Part shown: one piece after another, positions 1 to 9,303 of the stretch
How the letters are laid out: each line of letters starts with the position of its first letter
How positions within the stretch are numbered: position 1 is the stretch's first letter
Source: Candidatus Dadabacteria bacterium
GTDB lineage: Bacteria; Desulfobacterota_D; UBA1144; Nemesobacterales; CSP1-2
Direction of reading: 5' to 3'
Assembly: GCA_040289575.1 (NCBI GenBank)
Contig: PSLL01000003.1
Location: 35,739-99,738, forward strand
Length of the DNA: 64,000 nucleotides
Translations under genes and position numbers: made by a program
The notes under the pieces: generated by a model
The model's input: the letters and a program-made list of their open reading frames with translations, nothing else
What the model was told of the DNA's origin: nothing
Database searches by the model: none

Positions 1-105
1 GAGTTAAAGACCATCAACGACCTTGTAGAGGGCTTTGTGGATAAGGTTTTAAAAGTAATTGGAGTTGATGATGGACGCGGATGGAGGCATGAGGAGCTGG
101 AGTAG
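1..105 (+). CDS. ubiX: C-terminal end of UbiX-family flavin prenyltransferase (partial, window edge)
   Basis: Frame 1 reads ELKTINDLVEGFVDKVLKVIGVDDGRGWRHEELE*, resembling the UbiX tail (pkTidDlvdfvvgrvLd.lG). A UbiD-family gene lies 1.9 kb downstream. Confidence 0.6.
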   Translation, partial: ELKTINDLVEGFVDKVLKVIGVDDGRGWRHEELE

Positions 106-182
106 TTAATTCGGTTAGAAAATTTGATCCGGCAGTAGAAGGCCAAAAGTAAATTTGGTAATTTTTGCAAAAAGGAGACCAA

Positions 183-393
183 ATGACGACGTTGCTTTCA
201 AAAGCAATCAAAAAATTGAGAATTTGCCACCAGAGCTACAAGACAAAATCGCCAAGCAAATTTTAGAGGATATTTNNNNNNNNNNNNNNCTACACTGAAT
301 CGGTCACAAAGCAAGCTTGAGAAATTGGCCAAGAAGGCTCTTGAAGAGTCAAAAGCCGGAAAGACAAAGAAAATGGGATTCGACGAATTATGA
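183..393 (+). pseudogene. Small type II antitoxin-like gene, frameshifted and spanning an N gap
   Basis: MTTLLSKAIKK, then a shift in the A-run to IENLPPELQDKIAKQILEDI, the gap, then TLNRSQSKLEKLAKKALEESKAGKTKKMGFDEL*. Its stop overlaps the toxin start (ATGA, 390-393). Confidence 0.65.
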
Positions 394-666
394 AATTAGA
401 GCTAACTGAAGATTTCATTGAGTGTTTTCGCAAACTGCCAGAAAGAGTAAGACAAACAGCCCGAAAAAATTATAAATTGTGGAAAGAGAATCCCTACCCT
501 TCCAGTTTAGAGTTCAAGCCTATAAAATCAACCAAGAGCATTTACTCCATACGAATAGGAATTGTATAGCGAGCCTTTAGGTGTGATGAAAGAGGGAGAG
601 TACACGGTCGTGTGGTTCTGGATAGGCTCGCACAGCGAGTATAAAAATTTGCTAAAGATGTTCTAA
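390..666 (+). pseudogene. RelE/HigB-superfamily toxin, disrupted
   Basis: MKLELTEDFIECFRKLPERVRQTARKNYKLWKENPYPSSLEFKPIKSTKSIYSIRIGIV, TAG at 567-569, then a frameshift to LGVMKEGEYTVVWFWIGSHSEYKNLLKMF*. The WIGSH..Y tail is typical of this family. Confidence 0.75.
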
Positions 667-751
667 GGACATTTTAACGGATAAACGGAGTTGAAAAAAA
701 GCCCAGGTTCTTATAAAATAGAATTAAGAGTTCTACAAATAGATATGGAGG

Positions 752-1132
752 GTGAAGATGGCTAAGAGACTAATCGTAATTTTAATAATCCTATTTACCC
801 CCGCCGTTGCATTTGGAGATGCCCCTAACCCAATATGTAAAAATAATCCCAATGGAATAGTTAAGGATTACTATCCACACGGAGTGGTGCAGACTGAATG
901 GGGGTGCAAAAACGGCCATCTAAATGGAGTGACCAGGCTTTACTATGAAAGCGGTGCATTAAAGAAAGAGGTGCATTATAAAAATGATAAGATGGACGGA
1001 CCGTCTCGCACCTACTATGAGAGTGGGGCGTTAGAGGGCGCATGTAGCTACAAGGGTGGCAACCAGGTTGGAGTACGTAAGATTTATTTTGAGAATGGGA
1101 CATTGAAGGAAGTATTGAATTTTGGAGAATAA
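752..1132 (+). CDS. Secreted MORN-variant repeat protein (YwqK-like)
   Basis: Signal peptide plus repeated G....YYESGALK..Y.N...G units. GGAGG RBS before the GTG start. Confidence 0.85.
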   Translation: MKMAKRLIVILIILFTPAVAFGDAPNPICKNNPNGIVKDYYPHGVVQTEWGCKNGHLNGVTRLYYESGALKKEVHYKNDKMDGPSRTYYESGALEGACSYKGGNQVGVRKIYFENGTLKEVLNFGE

Positions 1133-1351
1133 TAAGCACAGCCGAAGGCAATCATTATTTTGTTGGAAGAGAAAATGGCATTTTAATTATATTCACCAGT
1201 TGATGTGTTTCCCATAATTTTTCTCGTGCCTATTGATTTTGCAAGATATTTTTAATTATACTCCTAAAACAAAAGAAAAAGTGATAAGCTGTTTTTATAA
1301 CTAAGAGTTATGCTCTTTCCCATTTTTCCAGCCATCGCTGAGGGACAACCG

Positions 1352-1837
1352 ATGAATATAACAACAATCTTGGTAGCCGCCGCCACCTTCGTTATTGCGT
1401 GGTGTGCCTCAGGACAGTTCGAATCCGGTTCGGCTTCGGCACGGACCGAGGTCTGTAAATCAACCGATGAGCAAGAGATCGCAGCACTATTCGACCGGTG
1501 GAATCGCTCCCTACAGAGCGGTGACCCACGCAAGGTTGTTGCCAACTATGCCGAACGTTCGATCCTCCTTCCTACTCTGTCCAACAAGCTGCTTCTGACC
1601 GCTGATGAGAAGGAGAACTACTTCCGTCATTTTCTCAAAAACAAGCCTGTAGGGAAGATCAACTTCAGGATAATAGAGATTGGCTGCAATACGGCGGTTG
1701 ACGCCGGGCTCTACACATTTACCTTCGGCACGACTGGTGATAAAGTCGAGGCTCGCTACACATTCACATATAAGTGGGATGGCAAGCAATGGTTAATCAC
1801 AAGTCATCACTCCTCCATGATGCCGGAGAAGAAATGA
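1352..1837 (+). CDS. Secreted NTF2-like SgcJ/EcaC / CaMKII-association-domain-like protein
   Basis: IAALFDRWN..L.SGDP..V...YA, DAGLYTFTF, ARYTFTY and WLITSHHSS.MPE motifs. ATG at 1352 has a GAGGG RBS (ORF track starts at 1310). Confidence 0.85.
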   Translation: MNITTILVAAATFVIAWCASGQFESGSASARTEVCKSTDEQEIAALFDRWNRSLQSGDPRKVVANYAERSILLPTLSNKLLLTADEKENYFRHFLKNKPVGKINFRIIEIGCNTAVDAGLYTFTFGTTGDKVEARYTFTYKWDGKQWLITSHHSSMMPEKK

Positions 1838-1839
1838 CG

Positions 1840-1906
1840 TACTAACAGACATAATTCTTCATTTTGGCGGAGCGCCTCCGGCGGCCGCTGAACCCAAGCG
1901 TTAGCC
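1840..1906 (+). mobile_element. Degenerate attC-like integron recombination site
   Basis: Immediately after the stop codon: TACTAAC ... GC-rich core ... CCGCTGAACCCAAGC-GTTAGCC. The right arm looks like an attC L'/R' box; the left arm is eroded. Confidence 0.4.
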
Positions 1907-1994
1907 TACATCAATTAAACACTAATTTTCTTTTTTTGTGACTTTGCGCCTTATTAGTGAGCAGTTACAGGAAAATGGTATAATCAAAGGGCAG

Positions 1995-3770
1995 ATGAAA
2001 AAAAGGAATTTCTCCGACATTCAGGAATTTATCTCATACCTAGAATCTATCGGCGATTTAAAAAGGGTAAAAGCCGAAGTAGACCCGATTCTGGAAATCA
2101 CAGAAATCTCATCGAGGGTAATTAAAGAAAGAGGTCCTGCGCTTATATTTGAGAATGTAAAAGGCTCTCCTTTCCCCCTTGCAATCAATCTCTTTGGGAC
2201 TGAAGAGAGGATTGAATTTGCCCTGGGGAGAAAGCCGAGAGAGGTCGGTGAGGAGCTGGTATTTCTCTTTGAAAAAATGAATCCCCCTTCAATAAAATCC
2301 TTCTTTTCAATTCTTCCAAAGGCTATAGGGCTTCTTTCTATGAGAACGAAGAATGTAGGAAAGGGAATGGCTCAGGAAATTGAGGAGGAGCCTGATCTCG
2401 ATAGGCTTCCCGTAATTAAGTGCTGGCCCAAAGACGGTGGCAGGTTTATCACACTGGGACTGGTTTTAACCCAAGACCCGATTACAAGAAGGAGAAACCT
2501 CGGAATCTATAGGCTTCAAATCTACGATAAAAAAACGACAGGAATGCACTGGCATCCACATAAAGGCGGCGCAGCCCATTATCACGAGGCCTCGAAACTC
2601 GGAATGGACCTTGAAGCCGCTGTGGTTCTGGGCGGAGACCCTAAGATGATATTCACTGCCATTGCTCCCCTCCCCGAAGGTATGGATGAAATCGCATTTG
2701 CAAGCTACCTTCGAGGAAGCCCGATGCCTATGGTTCGGGGCAGAACCATATCGCTGAGTGTTCCTGCGAATGCCGAGTTTATTATCGAAGGGGTTGTTCC
2801 TCAGGGGGAGATGCGAATTGAGGGTCCGTTCGGAGACCACTTCGGGTACTACTCAATGGAAGCGCCTTTTCCGATCTTTAGAATAAACGAGATAACACAC
2901 AGGCATAATCCAATCTATCCCGCTACGGTTGTTGGAAAGCCGCCTAAAGAGGATATATTTCTCGGAATTGCGGCGGCGGAGATGTTCTCTCCACTTATAA
3001 AGATTATTCAACCCGAAGTGAGAAGGATGTGGGCTTACCCAGAAGCTGGGTTTCATAACCTCCTCGTTGTCTCTGTTGATGAGAGATACCCAAAGAATGG
3101 AATTAAAGCTATGCTCGCACTCTGGGGGACAGGACAACTACTCCTTACAAAGTGTATGATAGTGGTATCAAGCGACATAAACCCACGGGACTGGAGCGCT
3201 GTTCTTAGGGAAATAGGAGAGAATTTTGACCCCCGCGAGGATTTTCTCTTAATTCCCTGGGCGCCGCTCGATACATTGGATTTTACAAGCGGGAAGCTCA
3301 ATGTGGGGAGTAAGATGGGAATAAATGCCGTAAGACGCGCAAATGGCGGAAGAGAAAAAAGAAGAATCCCGAAAGGGGTTCCCGATCCGAGGGAGAGGCT
3401 AAGCGATGTAACGGATTTCAGGCTTCTTCCGGGAGGATTTTTAGTCATAAAGGTCCAAAAAAATCCGAAGGATAATATCCGCAGGCTTTTTGACATACCC
3501 GGATATGAGGATGTTAGAATTATTGTAGCCCAGAGTTCGGATATTGACCTGCATAATGATACCGATCTGATCTGGGGCATATTTACAAGGTTCGATCCAT
3601 ATCTCGATGTTATATTTGAGAGGACAGAACTCAGAGGCTCGGCAGTAGTCTATGATGGAAGAATGGGTATAGATGCCACGTTTAAAGAATGGTATCCTGA
3701 AGTAATTGAGATGTCGGAGGATATAAAAGAGAAGGTGAGAGAGAGATGGCCGGAATACTGGAAAGTATAG
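1995..3770 (+). CDS. UbiD-family menaquinone (futalosine pathway) decarboxylase, MqnL-type
   Basis: UbiD motifs RRNLGIYRLQ, EGPFGDHFGYY, VVGKPPKED, DTLDF and a duplicated C-terminal MGIDAT segment. Overlaps mqnE. ATG 1995 preferred over GTG 1938. Confidence 0.9.
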   Translation: MKKRNFSDIQEFISYLESIGDLKRVKAEVDPILEITEISSRVIKERGPALIFENVKGSPFPLAINLFGTEERIEFALGRKPREVGEELVFLFEKMNPPSIKSFFSILPKAIGLLSMRTKNVGKGMAQEIEEEPDLDRLPVIKCWPKDGGRFITLGLVLTQDPITRRRNLGIYRLQIYDKKTTGMHWHPHKGGAAHYHEASKLGMDLEAAVVLGGDPKMIFTAIAPLPEGMDEIAFASYLRGSPMPMVRGRTISLSVPANAEFIIEGVVPQGEMRIEGPFGDHFGYYSMEAPFPIFRINEITHRHNPIYPATVVGKPPKEDIFLGIAAAEMFSPLIKIIQPEVRRMWAYPEAGFHNLLVVSVDERYPKNGIKAMLALWGTGQLLLTKCMIVVSSDINPRDWSAVLREIGENFDPREDFLLIPWAPLDTLDFTSGKLNVGSKMGINAVRRANGGREKRRIPKGVPDPRERLSDVTDFRLLPGGFLVIKVQKNPKDNIRRLFDIPGYEDVRIIVAQSSDIDLHNDTDLIWGIFTRFDPYLDVIFERTELRGSAVVYDGRMGIDATFKEWYPEVIEMSEDIKEKVRERWPEYWKV

Positions 3771-4855
3771 AGAGGCTCTGTTGGGATAAATCCCTTTTGT
3801 TCATACTTGAGAAAGTCGAGAATGGGGAACGGCTCAGTTTTGAAGACGGGCTTATGGTTCTTAGAAGTCCTGACCTTAACGTAATCGGTATGATAGCAGA
3901 TTACGTTAAAAGAAAAAGGGAAGGGGACAGGGTTTACTTTGTTGTAAACCGTCATGTAAATCCGACAAATATATGTGCGATCTCATGCAAGTTCTGTGCC
4001 TTTGGTGTGACACAGAAATCTCCAAATGCTTATGAACTAACCCATGATCAGATACTTTCCATGTTAAATGATGAAATAAGGGAGGTTCATATAGTTGGAG
4101 GGCTTCATCCTGATTGGAAATTCGACCATTATCTCGATATTGTAAGGCTCATTAAGAGTGCGTATCCTAAAACGCACGTAAAGGCATTTACTGCCGTTGA
4201 GGTGGATTGGTTTACTGAGATTAGCGGAAAGGGCATAGAAGAGGTGTTGATAGTTTTAAAAGAGGCGGGAGTGGACGCCCTTACCGGCGGCGGTGCGGAG
4301 ATTCTCCACCCCGATATAAGAAAAAAGATATGCGCGCCCAAAACCGTCGCGACGAGGTGGGAGGAAATACATAAGATTGCACACAGGCTCGGCATACCGA
4401 CGAATGCCACGATTTTATACGGACACATAGAGGAGCCTTTTCATGTCGTTGACCATCTTGAGAGGCTGAGAAGAATTGAAGACGAATCACCGGGATTCTT
4501 TGCATTTATCCCAGTTCTATTCCAGCCCGAAAACACTGGGCTTAAAAAACAGGTGAATTTTATCCCCGGCTCTTATGACCTCAAAATTCACGCACTTGCC
4601 CGCCTCTATCTCGATAACTTCCCTCACATAAAGGCCTACTGGATAACACTCGGTGAAAAGCTCGCTCAGGTTGCCCTCCACTTCGGGGCAAGCGATGCCG
4701 ACGGAACCATTATGAGGGAGAAGATCATACACGATGCCGGTGCGCCATCTGAGCTTGGACATACGAGGGAATTTATGGTGAATATGATAAAGAACGCCGG
4801 ATACATTCCGGTTGAAAGAGACGCGCTCTACAATGTGGTGAGGGTGTATCAATAG
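3746..4855 (+). CDS. mqnE: Aminofutalosine synthase (radical SAM, CofH/MqnC/MqnE family)
   Basis: CAISCKFC radical-SAM motif, EVHIVGGLHP, GGGAEI, LYGHIE, HIKAYW and ERDALYN. Adjacent to the menaquinone UbiD. Confidence 0.88.
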   Translation: MAGILESIERLCWDKSLLFILEKVENGERLSFEDGLMVLRSPDLNVIGMIADYVKRKREGDRVYFVVNRHVNPTNICAISCKFCAFGVTQKSPNAYELTHDQILSMLNDEIREVHIVGGLHPDWKFDHYLDIVRLIKSAYPKTHVKAFTAVEVDWFTEISGKGIEEVLIVLKEAGVDALTGGGAEILHPDIRKKICAPKTVATRWEEIHKIAHRLGIPTNATILYGHIEEPFHVVDHLERLRRIEDESPGFFAFIPVLFQPENTGLKKQVNFIPGSYDLKIHALARLYLDNFPHIKAYWITLGEKLAQVALHFGASDADGTIMREKIIHDAGAPSELGHTREFMVNMIKNAGYIPVERDALYNVVRVYQ

Positions 4856-4919
4856 AAGGTTGTTGTGCTATACATACACATAGAGGTTTTCGACTGAAAT
4901 TTTTAAGGGATGAATTGTT

Positions 4920-5482
4920 ATGTCAGTTCAGGTTACAAAACGCCACTTCAACATAACAGAATATTACCGTATGGCTGAGGTCGGTATCCTATCAGAGGAT
5001 GATTGTGTTGAACTCATTGAGGGAAAGATTATAAAATGGCTCCCATTGGCAGTCGTCATGCCAGTTGTGTCAGTTGTTTAAATGCTATATTCAGTCGTCA
5101 AGTTGGTGAGACTGCATTAGTAAGTGTACGGAATCCGGTACGTCTCAGCGATTTCTCAGAGCCACAACTCGATATTTCTTTGCTAAGACCGCGTGATGAT
5201 TTTTATTCTAACTCACATTCAACCCGTGCCGATGTATTGTTGATAATATAGAGGTCAGCGATACCTCTTTGGAATATGACTGGGACATAAAAATCCCTCT
5301 TTATACCGCCTCATTGATATCTGAGGTGTGACTTGTGAATCTGATTAAAGACATGGTTGAAATCTATAGAGACCCGCGAGACGGCATGTATCGAGAAGTT
5401 CGATATGCCACACGTGGAGAATCGTTAAGCTCAAAGTACAATCCAAATCTCCACAATTAGCGTTGATGCTATTACTGGTTAG
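4920..5482 (+). pseudogene. Uma2-family (PD-(D/E)xK) endonuclease, disrupted
   Basis: MSVQVTKRHFNITEYYRMAEVGILSEDDCVELIEGKII / MAPIGSRH...SEPQLDI...LLII / EVSDTSLEYD..IKIPLY...EV*LVNL. Several frameshifts and a TGA at 5329-5331. Confidence 0.88.
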
Positions 5483-5808
5483 TAGATGAGAATTGCTTCA
5501 ATTTAAGTACGTTTCGTCTCTTGTAGATGTCGTTTATTGTAATATGTTTGAAAAAAAATAAGCTTCAAAAACTCGTACGCTTGCGGGAATTGTGTTAGAG
5601 CAAGAAAACAAGTTCTTACAGCAATGCTTTCTCAAAAGATCAATCAACAAGTGGGGTGAGATGCCACCGTCAATTCTCGGTCTTAATAATGAACGTTACT
5701 ATCAGTTCTTAATACTTCGAGAACTACTTTTACATTTCGAGTTATTGCTGGTGGTTGAAAAAGACAATTTTGATCTAGTGCTTTTTTCTCCTTACCCTCT
5801 AAACTCTC

Positions 5809-6246
5809 TTACTTTCCCATTCTCAATGTTGAATGTGATTTGCTTGACATATCTTTTATATCAAAAGCTGCTTTTCCACCTTCTTCAAAAGGGGGCTTTT
5901 GAATTCCCCAGCTCCAGACCTTCTGCGATGTAATTTCAATGTAAAGCCCCTTGCCGAATCTACCTGTGCGCTCCACAATCTCTGCAGTACCGTGAACCTT
6001 AATCCCCCTGGGCTTCCAGGGATTGACGGATTCCAGGTCGTCAATCACAAGGGCCACTTTGAGATTTCCATTTTTTATGTTTTTGTACTTGAGTGTCTTT
6101 TCCATATCGAGACTCGGGATTACAAATTTGTCTCCTTCGAGTTCATAACTGACGGGTGCGACATCCGGCTGAAGTCCTTTTGAGACTGTAGCTATTCTTG
6201 CGAGTTTTTGTGATCTTAGGTAATCAATCTCTTTATCTGAAAACAT
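5809..6246 (-). CDS. PPOX-class (split beta-barrel) probable F420-dependent oxidoreductase
   Basis: YLRSQKLARIATV, QPDVAPV, KYKNI and VALVIDDLESVNPWKPRGIKVHGTAE. Confidence 0.85.
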   Translation of the reverse strand: MFSDKEIDYLRSQKLARIATVSKGLQPDVAPVSYELEGDKFVIPSLDMEKTLKYKNIKNGNLKVALVIDDLESVNPWKPRGIKVHGTAEIVERTGRFGKGLYIEITSQKVWSWGIQKPPFEEGGKAAFDIKDMSSKSHSTLRMGK

Positions 6247-6513
6247 GAGTACTCCTCCTTTTTAAAACCCTGTTTTAATGATAAAGTTAATTTTAAATTG
6301 TACTATATTGTGACTGGTTTTTTAGATGCGGTATTTAAGTAGTTAGATATGGTATCTTAGTAAGAGAAAGGAAAACCGAAACAATACCGCCTAGCGGCGG
6401 ACACGGCTATTTTGACATGAGCACATACGAAGAGTATTTTGCGGGTAAACTAACAAACTATTGTTTGCCTCATGATTCTTAACTCTATGACTAATTATCA
6501 AGAGGAGACACAC

Positions 6514-9114
6514 ATGACCGAAAATTCAAAGAATCCCATACTTCTACCCTGGGGTGTTGAGCCGCTTCATTATAACCTTGAGATTAAAACCGACTTTGAG
6601 GATTTTACCTTTTCGGGGAAAGAGGATATAACCATTAACATCAAACAGCCGACTTCCAAAATCACCCTGCATGCCGTTGATTTAACAATAAACAAAGCCT
6701 ATCTAATAATTGGTGATGAGGTGATCAATGCAAGGAGAATCTCATTTAGCAAGAAAAGGGAAACTGTTAGTTTTCATTTTGGCAAGAAAACGGAGGGCAG
6801 TGCGGTACTAAGGATTGAATACGACGGCGTGCTAAATGACAGGATGCACGGCTTCTATCGCACATCATACAGCATAAACGGGGTCAGGAAATACGGCGCC
6901 GCAACGCAATTTGAGGCGACCGATGCCCGCCGGGCGTTTCCCTGCTGGGACGAGCCGTCATATGAGGCGAAGTTCAGTGTTACCCTGATTGTGCCTAGGA
7001 ATCTTACCGCGCTTTCCAATATGCCTATCGTCAGTGAAGAGCCATACAGAGATTCTGATTTAAAAAGGGTCACATACGATACAACCCCTATTATGTCCAC
7101 ATATCTCCTTGCTTTTGTTATAGCCGATCTTGAGTCTATTGAATCCACAGATAGAAACGGTGTTCCGATTAGGGTTTGGACAACCCCCGGTAAAAAGGAG
7201 CAGGCACGATTTGCCCTCGAATGCGCCCTTCATACACTTCCATATTTTTCCGATTGGTTTGATATTCCGTATGCGCTTCCAAAGCTCGATATGGTAGCCC
7301 TTCCGGATTTTGCTGCTGGGGCTATGGAGAACTGGGGGCTTATAACCTATCGCGAGACCGCGATGCTCGTTGACCCTGAAAATTCTGCCGTTACTGCGAG
7401 ACAGCGTGTTGCCGAGGTCGTTGATCACGAGCTGGCGCACCAGTGGTTCGGGAATCTCGTGACGATGGCGTGGTGGGATGATCTCTGGCTCAATGAAGGA
7501 TTTGCCTCATATATGGGCCCGAAGGCCGTTGATCATCAGTTTCCGGAATGGGATATATGGACTCAGTATGTCGCGGATGATTTTCTTGTAGCACTTCATA
7601 AGGACAGTTTGAAAAACACCCATCCGGTTGAGGTTCCTGTGAAGAATCCTTATGAAATCGGTGAGCTCTTCGATGCTATTACTTATAGAAAAGGCTCGGT
7701 GGTGAACCGGATGATTGAACACTATCTCGGGGAAGAGGATTTCAAAAAGGGGCTAAATGTTTATCTTAACCGTCATGCCTATGGAAACGCAAAAACAGAA
7801 GACCTCTGGCAGGCACTTGAGGATGTATCGGGAAAGCCCGTAAAAGCCATTATGGCGAGCTACACAAAACAGCCCGGATATCCGGTTATTATAGTGCAGA
7901 GTGACAGGCGCGGAGAAGAACTCATACTTAGACTTGAACAAAGACGTTTTATGCTCGACAGAAAAAGAGATAAAAAGAACCTATGGAAGATACCAGTTGG
8001 TATTTTAACCTCAAATACAAGAGACCCGATATTCAAATATATGGAAAGTCAAGAGATGGATTTTCCCCTGAAAGCCGAGATGGGTGAATGGATAAAACTC
8101 AATCCGTCTCAAAGTGGGTTCTACCGTGTGCTTTATTCCTCCGAACTATTTAACAATTTAATTCGGGCAGTAGAGTCCGGAAGGATTGGAACAGTTGATA
8201 GACTGGGGTTTCTCGATGACGTATTTGCCCTCTCACAGGCGGGTTTTATAAAGACATCCCAGGCGTTGACCGCATTAAACGCATATCGGTACGAGACCAA
8301 TTTTAGCGTGTGGATTGCAATCTCTAAGAATCTCGAGTTTCTTCATAATTTGATTGTGGGAGAACGCTGGAATGGGGCATTCAAAGCCTTTGCGAGGGAA
8401 TTTTTTCGACCGATTGCGCTTTCAAAGGGATGGGATAAATCAAACGGGGACAGCCATATTGATATAATGCTGAGGTCACTTGCTATAAGGAATCTCGGTG
8501 GTTACGGCGATGCATCAACAATCGAAGAGGCAAAGGAGCGTTTTAGAAATTTTGTCAACGGCGGCAGTCTCGATCCAGACCTAAGGCATACCGTCTATAG
8601 GCTTGTTGCAGAGAACGGGGGAGAAGAGGAGTTTGAGAGATTATTGAGGATTTATGACTCAACGGATCTTCATGAAGAAAAAAATAGAGTACTTTCAGCA
8701 ATCGGTGGCTTCCATACCGAGGGCATTCTAAGGGCGGTTTTAGAGTTTGCTTTCTCGGAAAAGGTGCGCCCACAGGATTTACCAATCGCCCTTTCCTCTG
8801 TCGGTCAAAATCCATTGGGTAAGGATCTAGCCTGGGAATTCGTAAAGAAAAATTGGCAGACGATTATGGATCGTTACCACGATGGTGGCCTTTTCCTTAT
8901 CGGGAGGATTATTGAAGGGACAACAACCGCTTTTACCACTCTTGACAAATTCCAGGATGTAAAGGGATTCTTCAAGACCCATAAGGTTCCGGGGGCAAAG
9001 CGTACTATAAAGCAGTCGCTTGAGATGATTAGGCTGAATATCACAGTCCTTAACCGCGATCGAGAGGATATTAAAGAGTGGCTAGAGGCATATAATTATA
9101 AAGCCGACGGCTAA
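6514..9114 (+). CDS. M1-family zinc aminopeptidase with ERAP1-like C-terminal domain
   Basis: TQFEATDARRAFPCWDEP, GAMENWGL, HELAHQWFGN followed by WLNEGFA. GAGGAG RBS before ATG 6514. Confidence 0.96.
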   Translation: MTENSKNPILLPWGVEPLHYNLEIKTDFEDFTFSGKEDITINIKQPTSKITLHAVDLTINKAYLIIGDEVINARRISFSKKRETVSFHFGKKTEGSAVLRIEYDGVLNDRMHGFYRTSYSINGVRKYGAATQFEATDARRAFPCWDEPSYEAKFSVTLIVPRNLTALSNMPIVSEEPYRDSDLKRVTYDTTPIMSTYLLAFVIADLESIESTDRNGVPIRVWTTPGKKEQARFALECALHTLPYFSDWFDIPYALPKLDMVALPDFAAGAMENWGLITYRETAMLVDPENSAVTARQRVAEVVDHELAHQWFGNLVTMAWWDDLWLNEGFASYMGPKAVDHQFPEWDIWTQYVADDFLVALHKDSLKNTHPVEVPVKNPYEIGELFDAITYRKGSVVNRMIEHYLGEEDFKKGLNVYLNRHAYGNAKTEDLWQALEDVSGKPVKAIMASYTKQPGYPVIIVQSDRRGEELILRLEQRRFMLDRKRDKKNLWKIPVGILTSNTRDPIFKYMESQEMDFPLKAEMGEWIKLNPSQSGFYRVLYSSELFNNLIRAVESGRIGTVDRLGFLDDVFALSQAGFIKTSQALTALNAYRYETNFSVWIAISKNLEFLHNLIVGERWNGAFKAFAREFFRPIALSKGWDKSNGDSHIDIMLRSLAIRNLGGYGDASTIEEAKERFRNFVNGGSLDPDLRHTVYRLVAENGGEEEFERLLRIYDSTDLHEEKNRVLSAIGGFHTEGILRAVLEFAFSEKVRPQDLPIALSSVGQNPLGKDLAWEFVKKNWQTIMDRYHDGGLFLIGRIIEGTTTAFTTLDKFQDVKGFFKTHKVPGAKRTIKQSLEMIRLNITVLNRDREDIKEWLEAYNYKADG

Positions 9115-9140
9115 TTAATTCCTCATTATTTGTGTGTTTT

Positions 9141-9302
9141 GGTGAAGTTGCTGGTCTGCCCCTTGAGTGTGTGCATCTCGGCGATACACTTATTGTCTTT
9201 CCGCAAGAGATTTGCCCGATTGATGGAACCGTAATTGAAGGGCACGGTGTAATGGATAAATCTTACCTCGTTGAAGACGCCAGGTTCGGAGGTAAAGAGT
9301 GA
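9141..9302 (+). pseudogene. Fragment of a heavy-metal P-type ATPase actuator domain
   Basis: A startless frame reads VHLGDTLIVFPQEICPIDGTVIEGHGVMDKSYLVED, matching the GD...pGe.iP.DG.v.eG...vDes.lTGE pattern. Confidence 0.7.
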
Positions 9303-9303
9303 T

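Noticed and set aside
3746..4855. Calling the radical SAM gene cofH (F420 synthesis) because of the nearby PPOX genes
   Set aside because: The motifs (EVHIVGG, HIKAYW) and the overlap with the menaquinone UbiD fit MqnE better.
5592..5933. 113-aa plus-strand ORF and the many other short antisense or overlapping ORFs in the track
   Set aside because: They are shadows of well-supported genes on the other strand or frame, with no motifs or RBS.
6387..6400. Small GC hairpin CCGCCTAGCGGCGG in the divergent promoter region
   Set aside because: Too short to assign as a terminator, IS end or operator from this window alone.
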